DNA of 64,000 nucleotides, taken from contig OZ219920.1 in assembly GCA_964291415.2 (NCBI GenBank), positions 1,152,001-1,216,000 on the forward strand, in the 5' to 3' direction. Source of the DNA: Alphaproteobacteria bacterium. GTDB lineage: Bacteria; Pseudomonadota; Alphaproteobacteria; SP197. The position numbers and the translations under genes are program-made. The notes beneath the pieces are model-generated. The model did not search any database, was not told the origin of the DNA, and saw only the letters and a list, made by a program, of their open reading frames with translations. Shown one piece after another: positions 31,843 to 42,707 of the stretch; the first letter of the stretch is position 1; every line of letters begins with the position of its first letter.

Positions 31843-32679
31843 ATGATGAGCGGACGCCATGTGCGTGCCGGTTCCATCACGATCGGCAATGATCTTCCGT
31901 TCGTCCTGATATCGGGACCCTGCCAGATCGAGAATCGCGACCACGCATTCTTCGTGGCGGAACGGCTGTTGTCCATGACGACCCGCCGGGGCATCGGCTT
32001 CATCTACAAGAGTTCGTTCGACAAGGCCAATCGGACGAGTCTCGATGGCGCCCGTGGCGCAGGCATGGAAGAGGGCCTGCGGATCCTGGATGAGGTGCGG
32101 TCCCGATTGGGCTGCCCGGTTCTCACCGACGTTCACCTGCCCGACCAGTGCCAGGCCGTTGCCGGCGTCGTTGATGTTCTGCAGATCCCGGCATTCCTGT
32201 GCCGGCAGACAGATCTCCTGGTCGCGGCGGCGAAGACCGGCCGGATTGTCAATGTCAAGAAGGGCCAGTTCCTGGCACCCTGGGACATGGCGCATGCGGT
32301 GAACAAGATCACGGCATCCGGAAATCCCCATGTCCTCGTGACAGAACGCGGTACGAGTTTCGGTTACAACACACTCGTGTCCGACATGCGCGCCCTTCCG
32401 CAACTTGCAGAAAGTGGGACGCCGGTGGTGTTCGACGCCACCCATTCGGTCCAGCAACCGGGGGGGAGGGGCGGCGCCAGCGGCGGTCAGCGGGAGTATG
32501 TCCCGCTCCTCGCGCAGGCGGCCGTTGCCGTCGGTGTCGCGGCGGTCTTCATGGAATCCCACGAGGAACCGGACCGGGCGCCTTCCGACGGAGCCACCAT
32601 GATGGCGCTTGATGACATGCCTGCCCTTCTCGACCGTCTCCAGGCTATCGATTCCCTCACGAAGGGACGGACGGGTTGA
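31843..32679 (+). CDS. kdsA: KDO 8-phosphate synthase
   Basis: [33 protein letters not shown]. Confidence 0.97.
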   Translation: MMSGRHVRAGSITIGNDLPFVLISGPCQIENRDHAFFVAERLLSMTTRRGIGFIYKSSFDKANRTSLDGARGAGMEEGLRILDEVRSRLGCPVLTDVHLPDQCQAVAGVVDVLQIPAFLCRQTDLLVAAAKTGRIVNVKKGQFLAPWDMAHAVNKITASGNPHVLVTERGTSFGYNTLVSDMRALPQLAESGTPVVFDATHSVQQPGGRGGASGGQREYVPLLAQAAVAVGVAAVFMESHEEPDRAPSDGATMMALDDMPALLDRLQAIDSLTKGRTG

Positions 32680-32762
32680 AGGCCGGCAACCGAGTGCGGT
32701 TCGGGATCAGACGTTGTACAACACGCCGCGCCGGCACCGGCAGGAACAATGAGAGGATGACC

Positions 32763-34028
32763 ATGGCTGCCATCATTGACGTCCGCGGCAGGGAAATCCT
32801 CGACAGTCGCGGCAATCCGACCGTCGAAGTTGACGTCCTTCTCGAAGACGGCGCCAGTGGACGCGCTGCGGTTCCCTCCGGCGCCTCGACGGGAACCCAC
32901 GAAGCCATGGAACTGCGCGATGGCGATCGCGCGCGCTTTCACGGGAAGGGCGTGCTGAAGGCTCTCGACGGTATCAACGGCGACATCTTTGATGCCGTGC
33001 GTGGCATGGACGCACACTGCCAGCGCGAGATCGATGACTGCCTGGTGTCGCTTGACGGCACCCCCGACAAGTCGCGCCTTGGCGCCAACGCCACCCTGGG
33101 CGTCAGCCTTGCCGTGGCCCATGCGGCAGCGAACCAGGCTGGCGTTCCCCTGTGGCGTCATGTTGGCGGCCTCGCGGCGCGCCGCCTGCCGGTACCACAG
33201 ATGAATGTCATCAACGGTGGAGCCCATGCGGACAATGCTCTCGACTTCCAGGAGTTCATGATCCTGCCAGCCGGATGCAGCTCGTTCAGGGAAGCCGTGC
33301 GGGCGGGTTCCGAGATCTTCCATCAACTGAAGCACACGCTCCAGGCCCGGGGTCATTCGACCAATGTCGGTGACGAGGGTGGATTTGCTCCGCAGATCTC
33401 GGATGCCAGGGAAGCCCTCGACCTTCTGATGGCCGCCATCGACGGCACAGGCTACCGCGCGGGCGAGGATGTCTTCCTTGCGCTTGATCCTGCCGCAAGC
33501 GAACTCTGGCGTGACGGACGCTATGTCTTCAGCGCCAACGGTCGCAAACTCGACTCGCCGGCGATGATCGAACTCTACCGCGACCTTCTGGAATCCTACC
33601 CGATCGCCTCCATCGAGGACGGCCTTGCGGAGGATGACTGGGAAGGTTGGCAGGCGATGACACAGGAGTTGGGCGACAGGGTCCAGCTGGTGGGCGACGA
33701 CATCTTCGTGACAAGGGAAAGCCGCCTGCAACAGGGCATCAGGAGTGGAGTGGCCAATGCCATTCTCGTCAAGGTCAACCAGGTGGGAACACTCAGCGAA
33801 GCGATGGCGACGGTGGCGTGTGCGCACGAGGAAGGCTATCGCACCGTCATGTCCCACCGCTCTGGAGAGACGGAAGACACCACCATCGCCGATCTTGCCG
33901 TCGGCCTGGGATGCCGGCACATCAAGACCGGCTCGCTTTCCCGTTCCGATCGCACGGCAAAGTACAACAGGTTGTTGAAAATCGAGGAAGAACTGGACGC
34001 CGGTGCCATCTGGTCCGGGCACCCTTGA
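32763..34028 (+). CDS. eno: Enolase
   Basis: [32 protein letters not shown]; RBS GAGAGG at 32751. Confidence 0.98.
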   Translation: MAAIIDVRGREILDSRGNPTVEVDVLLEDGASGRAAVPSGASTGTHEAMELRDGDRARFHGKGVLKALDGINGDIFDAVRGMDAHCQREIDDCLVSLDGTPDKSRLGANATLGVSLAVAHAAANQAGVPLWRHVGGLAARRLPVPQMNVINGGAHADNALDFQEFMILPAGCSSFREAVRAGSEIFHQLKHTLQARGHSTNVGDEGGFAPQISDAREALDLLMAAIDGTGYRAGEDVFLALDPAASELWRDGRYVFSANGRKLDSPAMIELYRDLLESYPIASIEDGLAEDDWEGWQAMTQELGDRVQLVGDDIFVTRESRLQQGIRSGVANAILVKVNQVGTLSEAMATVACAHEEGYRTVMSHRSGETEDTTIADLAVGLGCRHIKTGSLSRSDRTAKYNRLLKIEEELDAGAIWSGHP

Positions 34029-34088
34029 TCGAGCGCCTGACCATGGACGAGCTTGACAGTCTCGTGAGTGTTGTGGTTTGTTGACGCC

Positions 34089-34418
34089 ATGCGCGGCCTG
34101 CATGAACGCTTCCGCTCGACCCTTCGTTCATTGCCTTGCCTTCTCGGCATGTTTGCAGTCGTCTACTTTGGTTACCATGCCATCCAGGGTGAAAACGGCA
34201 TTCTCGCGATCATGTCCCTGGAACAGCAGATCGAACGGGCCGAAGCCGAACGCGTGCGGCTGACTGCCGTGGAGCAGAGGTTGTTGAACCATGTCACGCT
34301 TCTCAACCCACCGAGTATCGATCGGGACATGCTTGACGAACAGGCGCGCCGGACCCTCAATCTGGCGCATCCCCATGAGCTCGTGATCATGAGAAGCGAT
34401 GATGGCGCTTTCGACTGA
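34089..34418 (+). CDS. ftsB: Septum formation initiator (FtsB/DivIC family)
   Basis: Single TM, YFGYHAIQGENG, coiled-coil, IDRDMLDEQAR; located after eno. Confidence 0.85.
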   Translation: MRGLHERFRSTLRSLPCLLGMFAVVYFGYHAIQGENGILAIMSLEQQIERAEAERVRLTAVEQRLLNHVTLLNPPSIDRDMLDEQARRTLNLAHPHELVIMRSDDGAFD

Positions 34419-34463
34419 TTTCCTGCCCTGTCAGCGTTCTGTTCCGCCCTGTCGCGGGAGGAC

Positions 34464-35462
34464 ATGATGTCCGCTGCGCCTGCAGACGATCCCGCACTCC
34501 TGGTGGATTTCTATCGCACCATGCTTCTGGTGCGCCGTTTCGAGGAAAAGGTGGGCCAGATGTATGGCATGGGGCTGATCGGCGGCTTCTGCCATCTCTA
34601 CATCGGCCAGGAAGCCGTGGTGGTCGGCATGGACTCCGCGATCAGGGCGGACGATGCCGTGATCACCAGCTACCGCTGTCACGCCCATGCCCTGGTGCGC
34701 GGTGTTCCGCCTGCGGCCATCATGGCCGAACTGACCGGCCGCGGCACCGGTGTCTCAAAAGGCAAGGGTGGCTCCATGCACATGTTCGACATCGAACGTG
34801 GATTCTATGGCGGCCACGGCATTGTCGGCGCCCAGGTTCCGCTCGGCGCCGGAATTGCCTTTGCCCAGAAGTACCAGAAGCGTGACAACGTCACCCTGAT
34901 CTTCTTCGGTGAGGGGGCTGCAAACCAGGGACAGGTCTACGAGACCTTCAATATGGCGAGCTTGTGGAAGTTGCCCGCGATCTTCGTCATTGAGAACAAC
35001 CAGTACGCCATGGGAACGGCCGTCCGCCGTGCCAAGGCAGGAACGGAACTCTGCCATCGGGGTGAAGCCTTCGGCATTCACGGAGTTCAGGTTGACGGCA
35101 TGGATGTCGTGGCGGTTCACGAGGCTTCCAGGGATCTGGTGGCACGAGTGCGCGACGGCGAGGGTCCGATGCTGGTCGAGATGCAGACCTATCGCTACCG
35201 GGGACACTCGATGTCGGATCCGGTCAAGTACCGTACCCGGGACGAAGTCCAGAAGGTCCGTGAGCGGCAGGATCCGATCGAACAGTTGCGGGCCCGGCTC
35301 GTCGAAGGTGGCGCCATCGACGATGCGGCACTGAAGGCCATCGACAGGGACGTCAAGAAAACTGTGGCGGAGGCGGCTGAACACGCCCAGACAAGCCCGG
35401 AACCCGACATCAGCGAACTCATGACCGACGTCATGGTCGACGCAGACGGCGGGAGTGCATGA
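34464..35462 (+). CDS. pdhA: Pyruvate dehydrogenase E1 alpha
   Basis: [38 protein letters not shown]. Confidence 0.97.
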   Translation: MMSAAPADDPALLVDFYRTMLLVRRFEEKVGQMYGMGLIGGFCHLYIGQEAVVVGMDSAIRADDAVITSYRCHAHALVRGVPPAAIMAELTGRGTGVSKGKGGSMHMFDIERGFYGGHGIVGAQVPLGAGIAFAQKYQKRDNVTLIFFGEGAANQGQVYETFNMASLWKLPAIFVIENNQYAMGTAVRRAKAGTELCHRGEAFGIHGVQVDGMDVVAVHEASRDLVARVRDGEGPMLVEMQTYRYRGHSMSDPVKYRTRDEVQKVRERQDPIEQLRARLVEGGAIDDAALKAIDRDVKKTVAEAAEHAQTSPEPDISELMTDVMVDADGGSA

Positions 35463-36439
35463 TGGTCGAGATGACGGTGCGTCAGGCCCTGCGCGATGCC
35501 ATGGCCGAGGAAATGCGCCGCGATGACCGGGTTTTCCTGATAGGCGAGGAAGTTGCCGAGTACCAGGGCGCATACAAGGTGAGCCAGGGTCTGCTCGAGG
35601 AATTCGGCGCCGACCGGGTCATCGACACGCCCATCACGGAGCACGGCTTCGCCGGCCTGGCCATCGGCGCCGCCATGGCCGGATTGAGACCCATCAACGA
35701 GTTCATGACCTTCAATTTCGCCATGCAGGCGATGGACCAGATCATCAACTCGGCAGCCAAGACACTTTACATGTCCGGCGGTGAGGTGCGGTGCCCCATC
35801 GTCCTTCGCGGGCCCAACGGCGCCGCGGCACGGGTGGCTGCCCAGCACTCCCAGGACTTCGCATCGTGGTTCGCTCATGTTCCCGGGCTGAAGGTCATCG
35901 CGCCGTGGTCGGCCACGGATGCCAAGGGACTCCTCAAGGCCGCCGTACGGGACCCCAACCCGGTTATCTTCCTCGAAAACGAAATCCTCTATGGCGTCTC
36001 ATTCGACGTCAGTGACGAGGATGTCGTCCTCGACATCGGCAAGGCAGCGATCGAACGGACGGGCAGGGATGTCACGATCGTCGGCTACTCGATCACGGTC
36101 AGCCGTGCCCTCGAGGCGGCCGGCATGCTGGCCGAAGAAGGTGTCGAGGCCGAAGTCATCAATCTGCGCACCATACGTCCCCTCGATGCAGCGACCATCA
36201 TCGATTCCCTCGCCCGCACCAACCGGCTTGTGGTGGTCGAGGAGGGATGGGCCTTTGCCGGGATCGGCGCCGAGGTGATCGCCGCCGTGTGTGACGGGGG
36301 ATTCGATTATCTCGACGCCCCACCCGCGCGGGTGTCGGCAGCGGACGTGCCATTGCCCTATGCTGCCAACCTGGAAGAGGCAGCACTGCCCCAGGCGAAT
36401 CAGATCGTCCGGGCGGTGCGTGAAGTCTGCTATGTCTGA
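35459..36439 (+). CDS. pdhB: Pyruvate dehydrogenase E1 beta (no N-terminal lipoyl domain)
   Basis: [31 protein letters not shown]. Confidence 0.97.
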   Translation: MMVEMTVRQALRDAMAEEMRRDDRVFLIGEEVAEYQGAYKVSQGLLEEFGADRVIDTPITEHGFAGLAIGAAMAGLRPINEFMTFNFAMQAMDQIINSAAKTLYMSGGEVRCPIVLRGPNGAAARVAAQHSQDFASWFAHVPGLKVIAPWSATDAKGLLKAAVRDPNPVIFLENEILYGVSFDVSDEDVVLDIGKAAIERTGRDVTIVGYSITVSRALEAAGMLAEEGVEAEVINLRTIRPLDAATIIDSLARTNRLVVVEEGWAFAGIGAEVIAAVCDGGFDYLDAPPARVSAADVPLPYAANLEEAALPQANQIVRAVREVCYV

Positions 36440-36460
36440 TTGCGGCTGAGGGAGACCGAC

Positions 36461-37675
36461 ATGCCGATTACCGTCACCATGCCCCAGCTTTCACCCACCA
36501 TGGAGGTGGGCACATTGGCGCGGTGGCTGGTCAGTGAGGGCGACACCGTCGCTTCGGGCGATGTGCTCGCCGAGATCGAGACCGACAAGGCCACCATGGA
36601 AGTCGAGGCCATCGATGAAGGAACCGTCGGCCGTATTCTGGTGGCTGAGGGAACCGAAAACGTCCCGGTGAACCAGGCCATCGCCCTCATTCTGGAAGAG
36701 GGCGAGGACGCTCCTGTGGATGTACCCGACAGCATCGACGCCGTCCCGCCGCCACCCGTCCCTGCGCCGGAGGAGGCCGATTCCGAACCGGAGAGAACGG
36801 CCGTCCAGGACAGACCCGGCAAGCAGGCTTCGAGCGGCCGCAAGAGAGCCGCCAGTCCCCTTGCACGCAGCATGGCGCTCAAGGCAGGGCTGTCGCTCGA
36901 TGATGTCACGGGCAGTGGCCCGGGCGGCCGCATCATCAAGCGCGACATCGAAAAGGCGCTCAGGGCCGACATGCCTGCCACATCGCCGGTCACCGCAGGC
37001 ACCTGGGAAGAGATCAGGATAACGGGCATGCGCCGCGTGATCGCCGAGCGCCTGCAGGAAGCCAAACAGACCATCCCGCATTTCTATCTGTCGCTGGACT
37101 GCGACATCGATCGATTGCTCGAAACGAGGCGCGAAATCAACGCCGCGGGACATCAGGTTTCTGTGAACGACTTCATCATCCGCGCGCTTGCACTGGCCCT
37201 GAGAGACGTTCCGGACGCCAATGTCCAGTGGAGAGGCGATGTCATCCGTCGATTTGCCCGTGTCGATCTCTCTGTGGCCGTTGCCGTCGATGGCGGACTT
37301 GTGACCCCTGTCATCCGCGATGCTGCTTCCAGGAGTCTCCTGGACATCGCCACCGCCATGCGGGATCTGGCCGATCGGGCCCGCAGTGGAAAACTCATGC
37401 CGGAGGAGTACCAGGGCGGATGTTTCACCCTGTCGAATCTCGGCATGTACGGAATCAGGGAATTCGATGCCGTCATCAATCCGCCGCAGGCCGGAATTCT
37501 GGCAGTCGGTGCGGGCTATCCGCGACCGGTAGCAAGGGATGGAGCCCTCGCCGTGGCAACCCTGATGAGCACGACGCTTTCCGCCGATCACCGGGTTGTC
37601 GACGGTGCAATCGGCGCGGCGCTGCTGAACGCGTTCAGGAACTTCATCGAATCGCCGACTTCCTTGCTCTTGTAG
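36461..37675 (+). CDS. pdhC: Pyruvate dehydrogenase E2 dihydrolipoamide acetyltransferase
   Basis: MPQLSPTM, lipoyl ETDKATME, ASPLAR binding domain, DHRVVDG. Confidence 0.96.
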   Translation: MPITVTMPQLSPTMEVGTLARWLVSEGDTVASGDVLAEIETDKATMEVEAIDEGTVGRILVAEGTENVPVNQAIALILEEGEDAPVDVPDSIDAVPPPPVPAPEEADSEPERTAVQDRPGKQASSGRKRAASPLARSMALKAGLSLDDVTGSGPGGRIIKRDIEKALRADMPATSPVTAGTWEEIRITGMRRVIAERLQEAKQTIPHFYLSLDCDIDRLLETRREINAAGHQVSVNDFIIRALALALRDVPDANVQWRGDVIRRFARVDLSVAVAVDGGLVTPVIRDAASRSLLDIATAMRDLADRARSGKLMPEEYQGGCFTLSNLGMYGIREFDAVINPPQAGILAVGAGYPRPVARDGALAVATLMSTTLSADHRVVDGAIGAALLNAFRNFIESPTSLLL

Positions 37676-37686
37676 AGGACCAACCG

Positions 37687-39075
37687 ATGGCCCAGTCGCG
37701 ATACGATCTTGCTATCCTCGGTGGGGGACCGGGAGGATATGTTGCCGCCATACGTGCTGCGCAGCTCGGAATGTCGGTCGCGGTCATCGAGCGCGAGCAT
37801 CTCGGCGGCGTGTGCCTCAACTGGGGATGCATCCCCACCAAGGCGCTGTTGCGCTCGGCGGAGGTGATGCGCCTGGCGCGTCATGGCGGCGCCTTCGGCC
37901 TCGACATCGACAGCCCGCGCTTTGACATTGCAGCCGTGGTCGCCCGGAGCCGCAAGGTGGCCGAACGTCTTTCGCGAGGCGTCAAGCACCTGCTGTCCAA
38001 GCACTCGGTGACGATCTTCAATGGCGAAGGGCAACTGGCGGGACCAGGAACGGTTCGCGTTGGCGAGACGCTGCTGGAGGCCGGTCACATTATTCTTGCC
38101 ACGGGGGCGCGGCCCCGGGAACTTGCCAATGTGAAGGCCGACGAGAATGTCATCTGGACCTATCGCAAGGCCATGGTGCCCGAGAGCATGCCGGAGTCCG
38201 TCATTGTCATAGGCTCAGGCGCCATCGGAATCGAGTTCGCCAGCTTCTACCGCGACATGGGGGCGGAGGTCTCGGTCATCGAGGTGGTCGACCGCATTCT
38301 TCCCTCTGAAGATGAGGAAATTTCCTCCATCGCCCGCAAGTCATTCGAGAAACAGGGAATCAGCATTCACACCGGAAGTGTCCTGCAGGAGGTCGCCGCA
38401 TCACAGGAAGGCGCTTCGGTCCGTATCGCGGATGATGTTGGCGAGGAACATCGGTTGTCAGCCGAACGCATCATTCTCGCCGTCGGCATTGTCGGCAATA
38501 CGGAAAACCTCGGGCTTGAGGGTACGGGAGTCACTGTTTCGGGAGGTCATGTTGCGGTCAACCGATGGCTGGAAACGGGAGAAGAGGGAGTTTTCGCCAT
38601 CGGCGACCTTGCCGGCCCCCCCTGGCTTGCCCACAAGGCCAGTCACGAGGGAATCATCGCCGTCGAGAGGATTGCAGGTCTGGACCATGTCGAACCACTC
38701 GACACCGATAACATTCCGGGCTGCACCTACTGCCATCCGCAGATTGCCAGCATCGGTCTCACTGAAGCGGCTGCCCGCGATGCCGGGCATACGGTTCGCG
38801 TCGGGCGCTTTCCATTCATTGGAAACGGCAAGGCCATCGCCCTGGGTGACGACGAGGGCATGGTCAAGACCGTGTTCGACGCCGACACCGGAGAACTTCT
38901 GGGCGCGCACATGATCGGCGCCGAGGTCACGGAACTGATCCATGGATTTGCCATCGCCCGCACTCTCGAGACCACCGAGGCAGAACTCATGAGCACGATC
39001 TTTCCCCATCCGACGCTGTCGGAAATGATGGGTGAATCGGTTCTCGATGCCTATGGCCGCGCCCTCCATATCTGA
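37687..39075 (+). CDS. lpdA: Dihydrolipoamide dehydrogenase
   Basis: GGGPGGY, GGVCLNWGCIPTK, HPTLSE. Confidence 0.97.
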   Translation: MAQSRYDLAILGGGPGGYVAAIRAAQLGMSVAVIEREHLGGVCLNWGCIPTKALLRSAEVMRLARHGGAFGLDIDSPRFDIAAVVARSRKVAERLSRGVKHLLSKHSVTIFNGEGQLAGPGTVRVGETLLEAGHIILATGARPRELANVKADENVIWTYRKAMVPESMPESVIVIGSGAIGIEFASFYRDMGAEVSVIEVVDRILPSEDEEISSIARKSFEKQGISIHTGSVLQEVAASQEGASVRIADDVGEEHRLSAERIILAVGIVGNTENLGLEGTGVTVSGGHVAVNRWLETGEEGVFAIGDLAGPPWLAHKASHEGIIAVERIAGLDHVEPLDTDNIPGCTYCHPQIASIGLTEAAARDAGHTVRVGRFPFIGNGKAIALGDDEGMVKTVFDADTGELLGAHMIGAEVTELIHGFAIARTLETTEAELMSTIFPHPTLSEMMGESVLDAYGRALHI

Positions 39076-39081
39076 CGTGTC

Positions 39082-40029
39082 ATGACCAGGCTCTCCCGGA
39101 TCCAGCCCATTGGTGAACGCCATCCGGAAAAGGCGTGGCGGGACCCTGTCGCCGTACCCCGTAAACCGAAGTGGATCAGGGCCCGGGCGCCTGGGTCACC
39201 GGACTACCACGCGACACGCCAACTCGTCCGCAAGGCGGGGTTGGTGACAGTGTGCGAAGAAGCTGCTTGTCCCAACATCGGGGAGTGTTGGTCGAAACGG
39301 CATGTCACCGTCATGATTCTCGGTGATATCTGCACCCGGGGCTGTACTTTCTGCAATGTCACCACGGGACGACCCGGTCCGGTCGATGACGACGAGCCAC
39401 GACGTCTGGCACAAGCCATCCGCGACCTTGGCCTTGAGCACGTGGTCATCACCTCGGTTGACAGGGACGATCTCGATGATGGTGGGGCAGGGCAGTTTGT
39501 CGCCTGCATCAACGAGATACGACGGGTGTCCCCGGCCACGACCATCGAGGTCCTGACCCCTGATTTCCTGCGCAAGGAGGGGGCGGTCGAGCAGGTTGTC
39601 GCGGCGCGTCCTGACGTCCTGAACCACAACCTGGAGACCGTTCCCAGACTCTATCGCGACGTGAGGCCCGGTTCACGGTACTTTGCCTCGCTCAACCTGT
39701 TGTGGCGTGTCAAGGAGATCGACTCAGGGATCTTCACCAAGTCGGGATTGATGGTGGGACTTGGCGAAACCAGGGACGAGGTCATGCAGGTCATGGACGA
39801 CATGCGTCACGCGGATGTCGACTTCCTGACGGTCGGGCAGTACCTGCAGCCCACGCCGCGCCACCATGCCATCGACCGTTTCTGGACGCCGGAAGAGTTC
39901 CGGGAACTGGAGGCGGTTGCCAGGGCCCGGGGCTTCCTCATGGTGAGTGCCAGTCCACTCACCCGGTCATCCCATCATGCCGGTCGGGATTTTGCCATCA
40001 TGCAGGCACGTCGCCATGCCGGAGGCTGA
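39082..40029 (+). CDS. lipA: Lipoyl synthase
   Basis: [12 protein letters not shown] and CTRGCTFC. Confidence 0.97.
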   Translation: MTRLSRIQPIGERHPEKAWRDPVAVPRKPKWIRARAPGSPDYHATRQLVRKAGLVTVCEEAACPNIGECWSKRHVTVMILGDICTRGCTFCNVTTGRPGPVDDDEPRRLAQAIRDLGLEHVVITSVDRDDLDDGGAGQFVACINEIRRVSPATTIEVLTPDFLRKEGAVEQVVAARPDVLNHNLETVPRLYRDVRPGSRYFASLNLLWRVKEIDSGIFTKSGLMVGLGETRDEVMQVMDDMRHADVDFLTVGQYLQPTPRHHAIDRFWTPEEFRELEAVARARGFLMVSASPLTRSSHHAGRDFAIMQARRHAGG

Positions 40030-40493
40030 TGGTGGCCTGGCATCGCGAACAGAAACTGCTGCCGTGGACGGCTGATCAGCTCTACGACCTGGTGGCCGAT
40101 GTCGGCCGGTATCCCGAGTTCCTCCCCTGGTGCGTGGCAGCGCGTGTCACCAGACGCGACGGCAACGTCTTCTGGGCCGACCTGGTGATCGGATTTCGCC
40201 TCATCCGGGAAAGCTACACGTCCAGAGTGACCCTGGTACCAGGCCGGGAAATCCACACGACCTACACCTCGGGGCCGTTCAGGAGGATGGAGGGATGCTG
40301 GCGTTTCGATCCCCGGGGCAACGGGGGATGTCTCGTCGAATTCGCCATCGATTTCGAGTTCAACTCGCGCCTTCTGCAACGGACCATCGGAGTCCTGTAC
40401 CTTGAGGCGGCCCGGCGTCTCGTCCGTTCCTTCGAGGACCGGGCCCGAGACCTCTACGGTCCAACGATCAGGGACGAAGACAGCTTGCGATGA
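40029..40493 (+). CDS. Coq10/RatA (PasT) START-domain protein
   Basis: LVADVGRYPEFLPWC, GPF...G.WRF; conserved position after lipA. Confidence 0.9.
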   Translation: MVAWHREQKLLPWTADQLYDLVADVGRYPEFLPWCVAARVTRRDGNVFWADLVIGFRLIRESYTSRVTLVPGREIHTTYTSGPFRRMEGCWRFDPRGNGGCLVEFAIDFEFNSRLLQRTIGVLYLEAARRLVRSFEDRARDLYGPTIRDEDSLR

Positions 40494-40959
40494 GCATCAG
40501 CGCATCGCGTACCGAGGCCATTCTGACAGCGTGGCGCCCGATGTCGCCGTAACGGTTTTCCGTGACCGCGATGTCACCGTCAGCAACCGCCGCCAGGTAG
40601 ACAAGACCTGCGGGTTTGGTCCGGGAATCGCTGCCCGGACCGGCAACCCCGGTAATGGCGACACCGATGCGCCCCGGATGATGGTTGCAGATGCCGTTGA
40701 CCATGGCCCGCGCGACCTCGGCACTGACCGCGCCATGCGCGTGGATGAGGGCGGCGGGCACCCCGAGAAGTGCGGTCTTGGCGGAACAGGAATAGGTTAC
40801 ATATCCGCAATCGACGACGTCGGAGGATCCGGCGACGGCCGTCAGTGATCCGGCGAGCAGGCCTCCGGTGCAGGACTCGGCGGTGACAACCATCGCCCCG
40901 CGCTGCCGGCAGAGCTCGAGGACGCGTTCGGCGGCACCGAGAATCACCGCATCAAACAT
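40468..40959 (-). CDS. CinA C-terminal domain protein / NMN deamidase PncC family
   Basis: TAESCTGG, GSS, HGAVSAEVA, ITGVAGP. Confidence 0.9.
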   Translation of the reverse strand: MFDAVILGAAERVLELCRQRGAMVVTAESCTGGLLAGSLTAVAGSSDVVDCGYVTYSCSAKTALLGVPAALIHAHGAVSAEVARAMVNGICNHHPGRIGVAITGVAGPGSDSRTKPAGLVYLAAVADGDIAVTENRYGDIGRHAVRMASVRDALMLIASCLRP

Positions 40960-41443
40960 CGGTCCATCCTGTCAGGGAGAATGCCCAGACACATGCCGCC
41001 GCCGCCGCACCTGCGGCCACGTCATCCAGCATGACACCCCAGGGGCCCCTGAAGCGCCGCTCGATCACGCGAATGGGCCCGGGTTTCCAGATGTCGAAGA
41101 CCCGGAACAAGGCAAAGGAGAGAATCCACAGAACGGGAGACAGCATGGCCGGCGTGAGGGCAAGAAACTGGCCGCACGCCTCATCGATGACAATGTCGGC
41201 GCGGTCCGGGTCCGTCCCTGTCTCCATTGTTCCGGCAACATGCCGAACGGAAGCGAACCCTACCACAAGAAGGATGAACGCCGCCGCAAGGACTGCCCAT
41301 GGTCCGGCAAACCACATGACAAGGAAGGCGGGCGGCAGGGCTGCCAGGGAGCCCAGGGTTCCAGGCATCGGACGGAGGAGGCCGACACCTCCCAGGGTCG
41401 CCACCCACGGCGCGAACCCTGTCATGGCCAGGTCGCGGCGCAT
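40952..41443 (-). CDS. pgpA: Phosphatidylglycerophosphatase A
   Basis: PGTLGS, IVIDEACG, LFRVFDIWKP, GVMLDDVAAG; start 41443 or 41425. Confidence 0.9.
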   Translation of the reverse strand: MRRDLAMTGFAPWVATLGGVGLLRPMPGTLGSLAALPPAFLVMWFAGPWAVLAAAFILLVVGFASVRHVAGTMETGTDPDRADIVIDEACGQFLALTPAMLSPVLWILSFALFRVFDIWKPGPIRVIERRFRGPWGVMLDDVAAGAAAAACVWAFSLTGWTDV

Positions 41444-41444
41444 G

Positions 41445-42602
41445 TCACGATGGCGGCCGGCGAATGGTGACCGTGGCCGCGGCGGCGATGCCCTCGCAGC
41501 GGCCCAGGAATCCGAGGCCATCGGTGGACGTGACCTTGACGTTGACCCGTGGTTCCCCGACACCAAGAAGGTTCGCCACATTGTGACGCATTGCCTCCTG
41601 GTGAGGTGCGAGCCGCGGTCTCTGACACATCAGGGTGATGTCGGCATGGAGCAGGATTGCATGGCGTTCCGTCAACAGATCCCGTGCCACCCTGACGAGG
41701 TCGCCCGAGGGGCGTCCATGCCATGTGGCATCGTCCACCGGGAAATGTTGTCCGAGATCACCGCATCCAAGTGCCCCGAGAATGGCGTCAACCAGGGCGT
41801 GGAGCCCGACATCGCCATCGGTGTTGCCTTCGAGGGTTCGGTCGTGATCGATGCGCACACCGCACAGCATGACATGATCGCCGTCCACGAGAGCATGGGC
41901 ATCATAGCCTGAGCCGGTGGAGACTTCGGTCTGGTCGAGGGGCAATGAGAAATCCTCATCATGCGTCATCTTGATGTTGGCCCTGTCGCCGTTGACGGTG
42001 ACGACAGTCATGCCGACGGCTTCGGCAACCGCTGCGTCGTCGGTGAACGTCCGGTCGTCAGCCTGCCTGTGGGCCGCCAGAATCCCGGCATAGGGAAATC
42101 CCTGGGGCGTCTGCGCACAGACGAGTTCCGCCCTGTCTGCCGTTCCTGTCACCTCGTTGCCCGCGCGGTACTTCACTGTATCGGTGATGCCGGTCACCGG
42201 AATGACGCCGCACCCCTGTTCCCGGAGAGTCCGCACGATCTCGTCGAGCAGGAGGTCACTGACAAAGGGCCGCGCCGCATCGTGAATGAGTACAAAGTCA
42301 GGTGCGTGAACGCGCAAGGCCTCCAGACCATTCAGCACGGACTCCTGGCGCGTAGCGCCGCCGTAAACGGCAGGCAGAAGATCGAGCCCGGCGACAGACT
42401 CCTCGTGAAGAGGCGCGAAATCGGGATGAATGACAGCAAGTATCGGATGAATTGCCGGGTGCGCCGCAAAGCGCCTGAGCGACCAGCAGATGAGCGGGCG
42501 ACCGCCCAGGGAGCGGTACTGTTTGGGCACCGGCCCACCCATGCGCTCGCCCCGGCCGGCCGCCACGACGACGGCAGCAATCGAATGCACCGACTTGCCC
42601 AT
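41445..42602 (-). CDS. ispDF: Bifunctional IspD/IspF
   Basis: AAGRGERMG..PKQY, HDAARPF, QTPQGF; IspF part GYDAH...LHALVDAILGA...GDLGQHFP. Confidence 0.94.
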   Translation of the reverse strand: MGKSVHSIAAVVVAAGRGERMGGPVPKQYRSLGGRPLICWSLRRFAAHPAIHPILAVIHPDFAPLHEESVAGLDLLPAVYGGATRQESVLNGLEALRVHAPDFVLIHDAARPFVSDLLLDEIVRTLREQGCGVIPVTGITDTVKYRAGNEVTGTADRAELVCAQTPQGFPYAGILAAHRQADDRTFTDDAAVAEAVGMTVVTVNGDRANIKMTHDEDFSLPLDQTEVSTGSGYDAHALVDGDHVMLCGVRIDHDRTLEGNTDGDVGLHALVDAILGALGCGDLGQHFPVDDATWHGRPSGDLVRVARDLLTERHAILLHADITLMCQRPRLAPHQEAMRHNVANLLGVGEPRVNVKVTSTDGLGFLGRCEGIAAAATVTIRRPPS

Positions 42603-42707
42603 GCCGGCAACCTAGCGCGTTCACGCTCTCCGTGAAACCGCCCGCACATGCTCCCTCCTGGCAGGCGTGGGATTGCGGCAGCGCGATGAATTGGCGAGGA
42701 TACATCC

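Noticed and set aside
37228-37686. N-terminal extensions of ORF-track calls (lpdA 615 aa; also gltX, trpD, ratA, rlpA, SBP, eno)
   Set aside because: The extensions overlap upstream genes or spacers and lack homologous character; downstream starts with RBS or stop-start overlap fit better
40029-40493. RatA/PasT as a toxin-antitoxin system
   Set aside because: No partner gene, and it occupies the conserved lipA-linked position; the family is better explained as a Coq10-like ubiquinone-binding protein
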